Assembly (NCBI GenBank): GCA_035063765.1
Contig: JAPSFT010000001.1
Span: 7,497 to 71,496, forward strand
Length of the DNA: 64,000 nt
Source: Deltaproteobacteria bacterium
GTDB lineage: Bacteria > Myxococcota_A > UBA9160 > PR03
Direction: 5' to 3'
In this document: positions 17,174-26,150 of the stretch, piece after piece
How positions within the stretch are numbered: the stretch's first letter is position 1
Layout of the letters: each line of letters opens with the position of its first letter
Notes under the pieces: model-generated
The model's database searches: none
Seen by the model: only the letters and a program-made list of their open reading frames with translations
What the model was told of the DNA's origin: nothing
Position numbers and translations under genes: made by a program

Positions 17174-17638
17174 GTGCCCGTCGCCGCGCGCTGCATCCGC
17201 CTCGCCGTCCTCGCATCCGCCCTGGCCCTGCCGCTCGTCGCGGGAGCGCCGGACACCGCGCACGCGACGACCGCGACGATCAAGCGCTCGCTCCAGAACC
17301 TGTTCCTCTTCCCGTTCGACCTGGCGCTCTCGCCCTACGTCGGGACCCGCACCGTCTACAACCAGTGGCGCTCGAGCGACGACACCGACGCCGTGAAGAT
17401 CGCCTACCCCCTCCCCGGCGTCGCCTGGGCGGTGAGCGTGAACATGGGCGCCTCGGTCCTGCGCGGGGTGGCGGGCGCGATCGAGTTCCTGCCCGGCCTC
17501 GCGCTGATCCCCTTCGACGCCGATCTCGAGCCGCTCTTCGACCTCGCCGAGAAGAACAACGCGCTCTGGGACTCGGGCGAGGAGGGCTTCGCGCGCGCCC
17601 GCGTCGGTCTCGACTACATCGCACCGAGCGAGTTCTGA
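17174..17638 (+). CDS. secreted hypothetical protein
   Basis: GTG at 17174 has GAAGGAGA 6 nt upstream and is in frame with ORF 15803..17638. It has a signal peptide (RCIRLAVLASALALPLVAGAPDTAHA) and a non-junk composition. It may belong to an exosortase-associated small-protein family, but I cannot confirm that. Confidence 0.6.
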   Translation: MPVAARCIRLAVLASALALPLVAGAPDTAHATTATIKRSLQNLFLFPFDLALSPYVGTRTVYNQWRSSDDTDAVKIAYPLPGVAWAVSVNMGASVLRGVAGAIEFLPGLALIPFDADLEPLFDLAEKNNALWDSGEEGFARARVGLDYIAPSEF

Positions 17639-17656
17639 GCCGCGCCGCGCGGCTCA
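17636..17656. terminator. 21-nt hairpin TGAGCCGCG-CCG-CGCGGCTCA containing both convergent stop codons (17174 gene and miaA)
   Basis: It has a perfect 9-bp stem. TGA at 17636-17638 is the plus-strand stop and TCA at 17654-17656 is the miaA stop. There is no U-tract. Confidence 0.35.
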
Positions 17657-18619
17657 GGCGCCGGGCCCGGCTGCCAGGAACTCCTCCACCCGCTTCTCGA
17701 TCGCGGCCTGCTCGTCCGGGTGCACCCACTCGGCGCCGGGGACGGCGCGGAGCCACGTGCGCTGGCGGCGCGCGAAGCGCCGCGTGTCGCGCCGCATCTC
17801 GACGAGCGCCCCCGCGAGCGTCTCGAGGCCGTCCACGACCGGCATCAGGTGGCGATAGCCGATCGCCTGCAACGGCCGCAGCTCGGGCCCGTAGCCCTGC
17901 GCGCGCAGCCAGCGGCACTCGCGCAGGAGCCCGGCCTCGATCATCGCCTCGGCGCGCGCGTCGATGCGCGCGTCGAGCGCCGCCACGCCGGGGTCGAGGA
18001 CCAGGTGGAGCACGCGGAACGGGCGGTCCGCGAAGCGGTGCGCGGCGCGCAGCGCCGAAGGCGGCCGTCCGGTCCGCTCGAGGAGCTCGAGGCCGCGCAC
18101 CACCCGCCGCAGGTCGTGGGGATGGATCGCGCGGCCCGCCTCGGGATCGAGGGCGGCGAGCCGGCGGTGCAGGCGGTGCGGATCGCCCTGTGCCGCGGCG
18201 CGGGCGGCCTCGACCTCGAGCTCGGCGCGCAGCCCGGGATCCGCCGGCGCGTCGCGCAGCAGGCCTTCCAGGAAGGCGCGGATGTAGAGGCCGGTGCCGC
18301 CCACCAGGAACACCGCCGCTCCGCGGCCGTGGATCGCGGCCGCCGCGGCCCGGGCGTCGCTCGCGTAGCGGCCGGCGTCGTAGGGCTCGTCGGGCCGCAC
18401 CACGTCGAGCAGGTGATGGGGCACCCGCGCGCGCTCGGCGAGGCTCGGCTTGGCGGTGCCGATGTCGAGGAAGCGGTAGACCTGCACCGAGTCGGCGTTC
18501 ACGATCTCGCCGCCGAAGCGCAGGGCGAGCTCGATCGCGACGGCGGTCTTGCCGGCCGCCGTCGGGCCGGTCACGACCACGACGGGCGGCAGCGGCGCGG
18601 GCGGGGGCGGGGGCGACAT
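17654..18619 (-). CDS. miaA: tRNA dimethylallyltransferase MiaA
   Basis: ATG at 18619 is in frame with ORF 17654..18865. It carries the P-loop GPTAAGKTAVAIELA, then ADSVQVYRFLDIGTAKP and GGTGLY. Confidence 0.93.
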   Translation of the reverse strand: MSPPPPPAPLPPVVVVTGPTAAGKTAVAIELALRFGGEIVNADSVQVYRFLDIGTAKPSLAERARVPHHLLDVVRPDEPYDAGRYASDARAAAAAIHGRGAAVFLVGGTGLYIRAFLEGLLRDAPADPGLRAELEVEAARAAAQGDPHRLHRRLAALDPEAGRAIHPHDLRRVVRGLELLERTGRPPSALRAAHRFADRPFRVLHLVLDPGVAALDARIDARAEAMIEAGLLRECRWLRAQGYGPELRPLQAIGYRHLMPVVDGLETLAGALVEMRRDTRRFARRQRTWLRAVPGAEWVHPDEQAAIEKRVEEFLAAGPGA

Positions 18620-18644
18620 CGGCGCCAAGGGTAGGGGTCGGCCG

Positions 18645-20441
18645 CTAGGAGCGCGCGAAGCGGCGCTCGAGCTCGGCGCGCGAGAGGGGGACCGCGACGG
18701 GGCGGCCGTGGGGGCAGGTCGGCGCCCAAGGGATCGCGTCGAGCGCCGCGAGCAGGGCGCGCTGCTCGCGCGGGTCGAGGCGGTCGCCCGCGCGGCGGGC
18801 AGCGTGGCAGGCGAGCGAGGCGAAGAGGCGGTCCACGGCCTCGGGCGCGCGCAGGTCGCCCGCACCGGCCCCGAGCTGGTCGGCGACCTCGCGCAGGAGG
18901 GAGGCGGGATCGTGCCCGCTGAGCTCGGCGGGGATCGCCCGCACCGCGAGCACGCCCTCGCCGAAGGGCTCGACGTCGAAGCCGATCCGCTCGAGCCCGG
19001 CCTCGCTGACGCGGGCCGCCCGGCCCGGCGGGAGCTCGACCGTGACGGGCAGGAGCAGCGCCTGGCGCGGCACGGCCCGCTCGCGGAAGCCCGCGCGCAG
19101 CCGTTCGAAGAGCACCCGTTCGTGGGCGGCGTGCTGGTCGACCAGCACGAGCCCGTCGGGCGCCTCGAGCAGCAGGTAGGTCGCGAGGAGCTGTCCCAGG
19201 AGCGGGAGGTCGGTGAAGCGGAGCCGGGGCGTCCCGACAGGATCCGCAGCCGCCGGCAGCCCCACGGCTGCGGGCGGACGGCCGGCGAAGATCCAGTCGG
19301 AGGCGCCCTCCCGAACGAGCGGCGGAGCGGGCGTCGCCGCCGGAGCCGCGACGGGGCCGGCGGCCGGCGCCTCGGCGCCCTGCGCCACCGCGATCCAGCG
19401 CCGCCCGCCGAGCGCCTCGCGCACCGCGCGCGACACCAGCCGGTGGACCGCGTTCGGCTCCGCGAAGCGCACCTCCCACTTGGCCGGGTGCACGTTCACG
19501 TCGACGGCCTGGGGCGGCAGGTCGAGGAAGAGCACGGCGGAGGGGAAGCGGCCGCGCGGCAGGACGTCGCGATAGGCGTCGAGCAGGGCGTGGCGCAGCA
19601 GCCGGTCCCGCACCGGCCGGCGCTGCACGAAGAGGTACAGGCCTGCCGCGGTCGGGCGATGTGCGTCCGGCCGCGACGCGAAGCCCGTCAGACGCAGCGC
19701 GCCGTCTTGCGCCGAGAGCGCGACCAGGCCCTCGGCCTCGCGCTCCGAGAGCACCGCGGCGATGCGGTCGAGAGGCTCCGCCACGGCGGGCCAGCTCAGG
19801 GCCGGGCGCTCGTCGCGGCGCAGGTCGAAGTGGACGGCCGGGAGGGCGAGCGCCGCGCGCGCGAGCCAGTCGGCGACGTGGCTCCACTCGGTGGCCGCCG
19901 TCTTCAGGAACTTGCGCCGGGCGGGCACGTTGTAGAAGAGGTCGGCGACCTCGACGCGCGTGCCCTCGGGCACGCCGGCCGCCCGCTCGCCCGTGCGCTT
20001 GCCACCCTCGATCTCGATCTCGAACCCGGCCGGTGCGCCGCGCGCCCGCGTGCGCAGCCGCAGCCGCGAGACCGAGGCGATCGCGGGCAGCGCCTCGCCC
20101 CGGAACCCGAAGGTCGCGATGCGGGCGAGATCCTCCGCGGAGCCGATCTTGCTCGTGGCGTGGCGCTCGAGCGCGAGCCGGGCGTCCTCGGGCGTCATCC
20201 CGGCCCCGTCGTCGCTCACCGCCACCAGCGCGGCGCCCCCCTCCCGGACGTCGATCCGGAGCCGGGTCGCCCCGGCGTCGAGGGCGTTCTCGACGAGCTC
20301 CTTCACGACCGAAGCGGGCCGCTCGACCACCTCCCCGGCCGCGATCTGGTCCACCAGGGCGTCGGGCAGCCGATGGACCCGGCCCCCCTGCCCTGCCCCG
20401 GCCGGCGCCTCCCCGGGCTGCTCCTGCGGGGTTCCCGGCAA
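18645..20441 (-). CDS. mutL: DNA mismatch repair protein MutL
   Basis: The sequence LPDALVDQIAAGEVVERPASVVKELVENALDAGA ... DDGAGM ... is present, along with a C-terminal dimerisation domain. The start is uncertain: there is no ATG/GTG just upstream of the conserved N-terminus. I chose TTG at 20441 (GGGAG 7 nt upstream). Confidence 0.9.
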   Translation of the reverse strand: MPGTPQEQPGEAPAGAGQGGRVHRLPDALVDQIAAGEVVERPASVVKELVENALDAGATRLRIDVREGGAALVAVSDDGAGMTPEDARLALERHATSKIGSAEDLARIATFGFRGEALPAIASVSRLRLRTRARGAPAGFEIEIEGGKRTGERAAGVPEGTRVEVADLFYNVPARRKFLKTAATEWSHVADWLARAALALPAVHFDLRRDERPALSWPAVAEPLDRIAAVLSEREAEGLVALSAQDGALRLTGFASRPDAHRPTAAGLYLFVQRRPVRDRLLRHALLDAYRDVLPRGRFPSAVLFLDLPPQAVDVNVHPAKWEVRFAEPNAVHRLVSRAVREALGGRRWIAVAQGAEAPAAGPVAAPAATPAPPLVREGASDWIFAGRPPAAVGLPAAADPVGTPRLRFTDLPLLGQLLATYLLLEAPDGLVLVDQHAAHERVLFERLRAGFRERAVPRQALLLPVTVELPPGRAARVSEAGLERIGFDVEPFGEGVLAVRAIPAELSGHDPASLLREVADQLGAGAGDLRAPEAVDRLFASLACHAARRAGDRLDPREQRALLAALDAIPWAPTCPHGRPVAVPLSRAELERRFARS

Positions 20442-20613
20442 GCGATGGCTCCCGGCCCCACCCCGAGCGGCCTCCCTCTGCGCGGCCTCCCTTCGCGCCG
20501 GATCGCGCGGGTCCGTGGCGATCTCCCCCTCGGCAACGGGCGCATCATGGGCCGGCGGCGCGGGCCCGGTCAACCCCGGCCTCGCAAAATCAGTGCTCAA
20601 GCCCTCAAATTGA

Positions 20614-20642
20614 TTGACAAACGCCTGTGTTTCTCCATAGCC
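20614..20642 (+). promoter_or_regulatory. sigma-70-like promoter candidate (TTGACA-N17-ATAGCC) upstream of the degenerate bEBP-like gene
   Basis: TTGACA lies at 20614-20619 in the only AT-rich patch of the mutL/20686 intergenic region. Confidence 0.3.
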
Positions 20643-20685
20643 TCCCTCCGGGCACGTCCGCCTGGGGTGTGGGAGGGACCAACCG

Positions 20686-21723
20686 ATGTCCGAGGGAGCA
20701 ACCTCGCAGAACGCCGCGGCGTTCGGAGCGATCGAAGCGATCGAAGCGATCGGAACCGTGGATCGGGGTTCGGGAGCGAGCGCCGAGACGCCGGTCCTGC
20801 GGCGCTCGGGACGCCGTCGCGAGGACCGCATCGTGGTCGCGAGCGGTGCCGCGCAGCGCTCGATCGACCGCGCGATCCTCGCCGCCCGCAGCACGCAGCC
20901 CGTGCTGGTGACGGGCGCACCGGGCACTGGCAAGTCGATGCTGGCGCGCGCGATCCATGCCTGGAGCGCGGACGCCGCCGCGCCGCTCGAGACCCTCGCC
21001 TGCGCCGCGGTGCCGGAGCCGCTGCAGGCGCGCGAGCTCTTCGGCTGCACGGCGGGCACCTACCCGGCGTTGCCGGGCGCGCACCTGGGCGCCCTCGAGC
21101 GCGCCGCCGCCGGCACCCTGCTGCTGGAAGGCCTCGACGCGCTCGCGGCCGGAGTCCGCACCGCGCTCGGGCGCGCGCTCGCGCAGGGGTCGTTCCGCCC
21201 CGAAGGCGCGAGCGAGGAGCTGGCGCTGCGCACGCGCGTCATCGCCACCACCGACCGCGACCTCGGCGAGCTGCCGCTCGGCACGCCGCACCAGGCCGTG
21301 GACCTGCCGCCGCTCGCCGAGCGCCGCGAGGACGTGCTGCCGCTCGCCGCCCACTTCCTGGCGCAGGCCTCCGCCGAGGCGGGAGTCCCCGCGGTCGGCT
21401 TCACGGCGGAGGCGCGCACGGCGCTGCTCGCGGAGGCATGGCCGGGCAACGTCGCGGAGCTGCGCGAGCGGGTGCGCCAGGCCGTGCGCCTGACGGGTGG
21501 CGGCGCGATCCCGGCCGAGGCCCTGATGCTGGCGGCGCCGAGCGAACACGTCCCCTCCTTCCGCGAGGCGAAGCGCGCCTTCGAGGCCCGCTACGTGGAG
21601 ACCGTGCTGCGCCTGTGCGACGGCAACATCAGCCAGGCCGCGCGCCTCGCGCGCAAGGACCGCAAGGACTTCTACGACGTGATCCGCCGGACCGGGATCG
21701 ACCCGGCGCAGTTCCGCCGCTAG
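20686..21723 (+). CDS. sigma-54-activator-like AAA+ / Fis-HTH regulator with degenerate GAFTGA and Walker B motifs
   Basis: Walker A GAPGTGKS and a C-terminal Fis-type HTH (GNISQAARLARKDRKDFYDVIRR) are present. The GAFTGA loop reads ELFGCTAGTYPALPG. The Walker B position reads GTLLLEGLDAL instead of GGTLFLDEI. Confidence 0.8.
   Translation: MSEGATSQNAAAFGAIEAIEAIGTVDRGSGASAETPVLRRSGRRREDRIVVASGAAQRSIDRAILAARSTQPVLVTGAPGTGKSMLARAIHAWSADAAAPLETLACAAVPEPLQARELFGCTAGTYPALPGAHLGALERAAAGTLLLEGLDALAAGVRTALGRALAQGSFRPEGASEELALRTRVIATTDRDLGELPLGTPHQAVDLPPLAERREDVLPLAAHFLAQASAEAGVPAVGFTAEARTALLAEAWPGNVAELRERVRQAVRLTGGGAIPAEALMLAAPSEHVPSFREAKRAFEARYVETVLRLCDGNISQAARLARKDRKDFYDVIRRTGIDPAQFRR
20726..20752 (+). 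repeat. in-frame 9-bp tandem repeat x3 (GAGCGATCG AAGCGATCG AAGCGATCG)
   Basis: It encodes GAIEAIEAIG near the N-terminus of the 20686 gene. Confidence 0.9.
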
Positions 21724-21771
21724 CGAGCGCCGTCCGCGCCCGCGCTCGGAGGGGCGCGGTATGCTCCGCCC

Positions 21772-22575
21772 GTGCGCGTCGCCGCCGTGCAGATGACCTC
21801 GACCGACGACGTCGCGGCGAACCTCGCCGCTGCGCGCAAGCACGTCGCCGACGCAGCGGCGCTCGGCGCGGGTCTCGTGGCGCTGCCCGAGAACTTCGCG
21901 TTCCTGCGCCGTGAAGGGGAGCCGATCCCGTGCGCGCAGGGGCTCGACGGCGAGATCGCGGGCACCCTGCGCGAGCTCGCGCGCGAGCACCGGATCTGGC
22001 TGCTCGGCGGCACCTTCCCGGAGGCGGCCGGCGCGGAGGGGCGTGTCCACAACACGGCCCTCGCGATCGATCCCGAGGGCCGGGTCGCGGCGGTGTATCG
22101 CAAGATCCACCTCTTCGACGTCGACCTCTCCGCCCAGGGCGGCCTCGTCTACCGCGAGTCCGATCGCGTCGCGCCGGGTGCCGGGATCGCGCACGTCGAG
22201 ACGCCCTTCGGCGGGATCGGCCTGTCGGTCTGCTACGACCTGCGCTTCCCGGAGCTGTATCGCGCGCTCGCGGCACGCGGCGTTCGCTTCCTCGCCGTGC
22301 CCGCCGCGTTCGCGCGGGAGACCGGACGCGACCACTGGGAGGTCCTGCTCCGTGCCCGCGCGATCGAGAACCAGGCCTTCGTGATCGCCGCCGCGCAGGT
22401 CGGGGAGCACGGCGGCGGGCGCGCCAGCTACGGCCGCTCGATGATCGTGGACCCCTGGGGCCTCGTGCTGGCGCGTGCGCCCGACGTGCCGGGCCCGATC
22501 GTCGCCGAGTGCCGCCTCGAGGAGCAGGACCGCATCCGCACCGCCCTGCCCGCCCTGCGCCACCGCCGCCTGTAG
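21772..22575 (+). CDS. carbon-nitrogen hydrolase (nitrilase superfamily, Nit-type amidase)
   Basis: 267-aa ORF with the Glu-Lys-Cys catalytic context: ALPENF, VYRKIHLFD, GLSVCYDLRFPE. Confidence 0.88.
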   Translation: MRVAAVQMTSTDDVAANLAAARKHVADAAALGAGLVALPENFAFLRREGEPIPCAQGLDGEIAGTLRELAREHRIWLLGGTFPEAAGAEGRVHNTALAIDPEGRVAAVYRKIHLFDVDLSAQGGLVYRESDRVAPGAGIAHVETPFGGIGLSVCYDLRFPELYRALAARGVRFLAVPAAFARETGRDHWEVLLRARAIENQAFVIAAAQVGEHGGGRASYGRSMIVDPWGLVLARAPDVPGPIVAECRLEEQDRIRTALPALRHRRL

Positions 22576-22679
22576 CAGGCGCGCCTCGCGGCTCAAGCCC
22601 TCCGCGCCCCCGGCCGATCCAGCATGGCGCGAAGCGTCCCGCCCCCTGGATCGTGAGGCCTCGGAGGAGCGCCGCCCCC

Positions 22680-23015
22680 ATGGTCCCGCCGCAACCCGCA
22701 GCGACAGCCGCGACCGGCCGCCGGGCCGCGCTGCTGATCCGCACCGGCGACTTCGAGGGCACGCGCTACGAGCTCGGCTTCGGCGAGACGCTGATCGGCC
22801 GCAATCCCACCACCGACATCACGCTGCTCGACGAGGGCGCGAGCCGCGAGCACGCGATCGTCCTCTACGACGAGGAACAGGAGCGCTGGTCGATCGAGGA
22901 CCTCCAGTCCACCAACGGGACCAAGGTCAACGGCAAGCGCGTGCGCAGCCACCCGCTCGCCCCCGGTGACGAGATCCAGATCGGCCACACCCGCTTCGAG
23001 TTCGTCAGCGAGTAG
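22680..23015 (+). CDS. FHA domain protein
   Basis: ATG at 22680 (GGAGGAG upstream) is in frame with ORF 21930..23015. The FHA core reads LIGRNPTTDITLLDEGASREHA ... STNGTKVNGKRV. Confidence 0.85.
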   Translation: MVPPQPAATAATGRRAALLIRTGDFEGTRYELGFGETLIGRNPTTDITLLDEGASREHAIVLYDEEQERWSIEDLQSTNGTKVNGKRVRSHPLAPGDEIQIGHTRFEFVSE

Positions 23016-23670
23016 CCCCGCCCGGGACCGCAGGCGGCTGGCTGCGGAAGTGCTCCGCGACGAGGTCGGCCACCTCCTGCGGTGAGTCGGTGACGTGGAA
23101 GAGGGCGAGATCGCTCGCGGCGATCGCACCGAGCCGCACGGGCTCCTCGCTCAGCCACTCGAGCAGCCCCGCCCAGAACGAGCGGCCGAAGAGCACCACC
23201 GGGAACGGCGGCATCTTGCCGGTCTGCTTGAGCGTGATGGCCTCGAAGATCTCGTCGAGGGTGCCGAAGCCGCCGGGCAGCCCGACGAAGCCGCACGAGT
23301 ACTTCACGAACATCACCTTGCGCACGAAGAAGTAGTCGAAGAGCAGGCTGGTCCCGACGTGGTCGTTCGCGCGCTGCTCCCAGGGCAGCTTGATGTTGAG
23401 CCCGATCGACTGGCCGCCGGCCTCGCGCGCTCCCCGGTTGGCGGCCTCCATGATCCCCGGCCCGCCGCCGGTGATGACCGAGAAGCCGGCCTTGGCGAGC
23501 GCGGAGGCCACCCGCTCGGCCTCGATCGAGTAGGGGTGCTCCGGGGGCACGCGCGCGCCGCCGAAGACGCTCACCGCGGGCCAGACCGGCCGGAGGGATT
23601 CGAAGCCCTCCACGAACTCGCCCATGATCTTGAAGACCGTCCAGGTGTCCTTGGCGCGCGGATCGTGCAC
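23005..23670 (-). CDS. LOG family protein (TIGR00730; cytokinin-riboside-5'-monophosphate phosphoribohydrolase-like)
   Basis: The motifs VITGGGPGIMEAANRGA and GLPGGFGTLDEIFE (PGGxGTxxE) are present. GTG at 23670 is the nearest in-frame start upstream of DTWTVFKIMGEF. The ORF-track 5' extension is Arg/Pro junk that overlaps the next gene. Confidence 0.85.
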   Translation of the reverse strand: MHDPRAKDTWTVFKIMGEFVEGFESLRPVWPAVSVFGGARVPPEHPYSIEAERVASALAKAGFSVITGGGPGIMEAANRGAREAGGQSIGLNIKLPWEQRANDHVGTSLLFDYFFVRKVMFVKYSCGFVGLPGGFGTLDEIFEAITLKQTGKMPPFPVVLFGRSFWAGLLEWLSEEPVRLGAIAASDLALFHVTDSPQEVADLVAEHFRSQPPAVPGGATR

Positions 23671-23791
23671 GGAGTCCGGATCGGCGCGGCGCGGAGGCGC
23701 TTGAGCCCGCGGGTCCGGACGCCCCCGGCCGGGCGCGACCTGGCCGCGTCCCGGGCCGGAGCGAGCGTGGGGCGCGGGGGTGGCCCGCGGC

Positions 23792-24085
23792 TCAGCGCTT
23801 GCGGAACAGCGCGTCGAGCGCCGCCTGCGCGCCCGCGCGGGGGTCCGCCTCGCGGGCGGCGCCACCACCGGCGGCCGGCACGAACCAGTCGCAGCGGTTG
23901 GCCCGCTGGCGGTCGGCGACCCGCTCCGCCTGCGGCTCGCGGCACTCGTTGTAGGCGCCCGCGTCGTGGTGGGCGCAGTTGCGGCAGGCGTGGAGGTCGG
24001 CGCCGCAGCGCGGGCAAGCGTCGCGGAAGCCGACCCGCTCCCCGCTCGCGAGTCCGATCGCGGCACCGCACGCGAAGCACTCCAT
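23792..24085 (-). CDS. small cysteine-rich zinc-ribbon protein
   Basis: ATG at 24085 opens MECFACGAAIG ... CPRCGADLHACRNCAHH ... ECRE ... RCDWF, which carries multiple CxxC pairs. The protein is 97 aa. Confidence 0.65.
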   Translation of the reverse strand: MECFACGAAIGLASGERVGFRDACPRCGADLHACRNCAHHDAGAYNECREPQAERVADRQRANRCDWFVPAAGGGAAREADPRAGAQAALDALFRKR

Positions 24086-24183
24086 CGTGCCCGCACCCTG
24101 CGCCAGTGGCGCCCGCGCTGTCAAGCGAAGCCGGGCGAAGCCAGCGCGCGGCCCGGCGCCGGCGGTGATAGGCTGCCGAGCCG

Positions 24184-24828
24184 ATGTCGCCCTGCCCTGG
24201 CCGCCCCCTGTCCTCCCGGCTCCTCGCGCCGCTCCTCGCGCTCGCCCTCGCCGGGTCCGCCGCCCCGGCGCTGGCTGGTCCCGACGAGACCGACCTCGTG
24301 CTGCACTGGCTGCGCGGCGGCTGGCGCTCACCGCTCGTCTGCACCTTCGCGGGCGAGCCGCGGCGCGGTGTGCGCAGGGTCGTGATCGCGCCCGGGCCGC
24401 CGCAGTCGGAGCGGCGCGTGGACCGGATCACCTTCTCCTCGCTCGAAGCGCGCGACGCCGAACGCTGCCGCAACCCGCTCGGCGGCGACGCGCCGAACCT
24501 GGTCGGCAGCCTGCTGGTCGGCTACACGCCGAAGCGTCCCCATTCCGACACGCCGCAGCGCGAGTTCGAGCAGCAGCTGAGGGACGGCGCCGTCCGGCTC
24601 GACGTGGTCTCCGGGCGGCTGCGCCTGGGCGCTGCCTCCGCCGACCCCGCCTCGCTGCCCGAGATCGACTTCGCGGGCGGCCATGCCGAGGCGGGCGAGA
24701 TCCCGAAGGGCTCCGACATGGCCCGCATGCTGGTCGACTTCGGCCCGCGCCGGCGCCTGTGGCTCGTGCTCGAGGCGCCCGGCGGCACGCGCGTCGAGCT
24801 GCCCCTGGTGCAGTTCGAGCAGCGTTGA
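24184..24828 (+). CDS. secreted hypothetical protein
   Basis: 214-aa ORF with a signal peptide (RLLAPLLALALAGSAAPALAG) and a balanced composition. Confidence 0.6.
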   Translation: MSPCPGRPLSSRLLAPLLALALAGSAAPALAGPDETDLVLHWLRGGWRSPLVCTFAGEPRRGVRRVVIAPGPPQSERRVDRITFSSLEARDAERCRNPLGGDAPNLVGSLLVGYTPKRPHSDTPQREFEQQLRDGAVRLDVVSGRLRLGAASADPASLPEIDFAGGHAEAGEIPKGSDMARMLVDFGPRRRLWLVLEAPGGTRVELPLVQFEQR

Positions 24829-26150
24829 CCTCCGGCGACCTCACCCGCTGGCTCGAGGACGCGCGCTGGCGCCCGGGGCCGGGGGTCTCCCGGGCGCGCC
24901 TGCGCGAGCGGGTGGCCGCGCTGCGCACGGCGCTCGCGGCGGCTCCCCTCGCGCGCAAGGCGGGCCGGCGCAAGGCGCTCTTCGCGCTCGCCCTCGACGG
25001 CCCTGTGCCCGATCACCTCCTGAAGGTCGAGCGCTACGCGGGGGCGTCCCTTCCGCGACGCCTCGGGCGCGGCGGCGCGGCGCAGGAGCTGGCGCGCGCG
25101 GCGGCGAGCGCGGCGCGCGGCGTGCCGACGCCGCTGCCCCTGGCGGCGGGCGCGGTGCGACGCGGCGGGCGGCTCGAGGCCACCTTCCTGCTCGTTCCGC
25201 TCGTAGCGGACGCCGTGGATCTCGCGCGGGCCTGGGAGGGGGGACGCGCGCCTCGCAGGCTGCGGCGGGCGGTGGCGGGAGCGCTCGGGGCCGCGATCCG
25301 CGTGCTCCACGACGCCGGGATCGACCAGGACGACCTCGCGCCGAACAACTTCCTCTGGCGCGAGGGACCGGAGCCGCGCGTCCTCGTCATCGACTTCGAG
25401 CGGGTCCGCGTGGGGCGCCGGGTGGCCCCCGCACGCCGCGCGCTCGCGCTCGCGCGGCTCGATCGACACCTGGCCGGCGCGAGCGCGAGCGACCGCATGC
25501 GGCTCCTGCGCGGCTATGCCGGCGGCCACGCGCGCGCGTGGTGGCGCGCGGTCGCGGCCGCCCACGCGCGGCTCGCGGCCCGCGACTTCGCGCACCTGCT
25601 GCGGACGGGGACCCGGGCGAGCCGGCGCTTCGCGCCGGTCGCGAGCCCCGGCTTCCGGGGCTGGGCGCGGCGCGAGGGGCCGCTCCCCGCGGCGCTGGCC
25701 GCCCTCGACACCCCTGGCGCGGCGACCGGGCTGTGGATCACCGCGCTCGGCGCGCCCGCGGAGCCCGAGCGCGTGTGGGCCGCGGCGCTCGTGCTCGCCC
25801 AGCGTGCTGCTGCGCCCCCACCTGTCGCACTCTTGTGTCGAGGGGGGGCGTGTTTCCTCGTGGCCGAGCGGGTGAGCGGGGCCCGGCCCTTCGCGGGGGC
25901 GCCCTCCGAAGGGGCGGCGCTGGCGGGCCTGCTCTCCCGGCTGCTCGCGTTCGGCTTCGAGCCCTCGGCGCTCGCGTGCGACGCGCTCGTGCTGGCCCCC
26001 GGACCGGCCGGGGGCCTGTACGCGCAGCTCCTCGACCCGCGCGGCCTGCGCCCGGGACAGGTGCGCCGGGCGGGGCCGGACGCGCGCGCGTGGGCGGCCC
26101 GCCTGCTGGCGGGCGGCGTTCCCCCCCCTCAGAAGACGCTCCCGCGGTGA
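24825..26150 (+). CDS. lipopolysaccharide-kinase (Kdo/WaaP)-like protein kinase fold protein
   Basis: The catalytic-loop-like LHDAGIDQDDLAPNNFLW and the motif VLVIDFERV are present. There is no ATG in the N-terminal part. TTG at 24825 overlapping the upstream stop (TTGA) is my best guess for the start. Confidence 0.6.
   Translation: MTSGDLTRWLEDARWRPGPGVSRARLRERVAALRTALAAAPLARKAGRRKALFALALDGPVPDHLLKVERYAGASLPRRLGRGGAAQELARAAASAARGVPTPLPLAAGAVRRGGRLEATFLLVPLVADAVDLARAWEGGRAPRRLRRAVAGALGAAIRVLHDAGIDQDDLAPNNFLWREGPEPRVLVIDFERVRVGRRVAPARRALALARLDRHLAGASASDRMRLLRGYAGGHARAWWRAVAAAHARLAARDFAHLLRTGTRASRRFAPVASPGFRGWARREGPLPAALAALDTPGAATGLWITALGAPAEPERVWAAALVLAQRAAAPPPVALLCRGGACFLVAERVSGARPFAGAPSEGAALAGLLSRLLAFGFEPSALACDALVLAPGPAGGLYAQLLDPRGLRPGQVRRAGPDARAWAARLLAGGVPPPQKTLPR

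Noticed and set aside
22576-24183. The FHA, LOG and zinc-ribbon genes considered as a possible signalling cassette.
   Set aside because: The genes are on different strands (the FHA/LOG pair is convergent with an 11-nt overlap). I know of no functional link, so this was left as plain annotation.
24778-24842. An apparent extra C at the 24780/24781 line boundary, with a missing C at 24840, would frameshift both overlapping ORFs.
   Set aside because: Both ORF-track translations read straight through as if the line were shifted by one base. I treat this as my own reading or format slip, not a biological frameshift, and I used the ORF-track coordinates.
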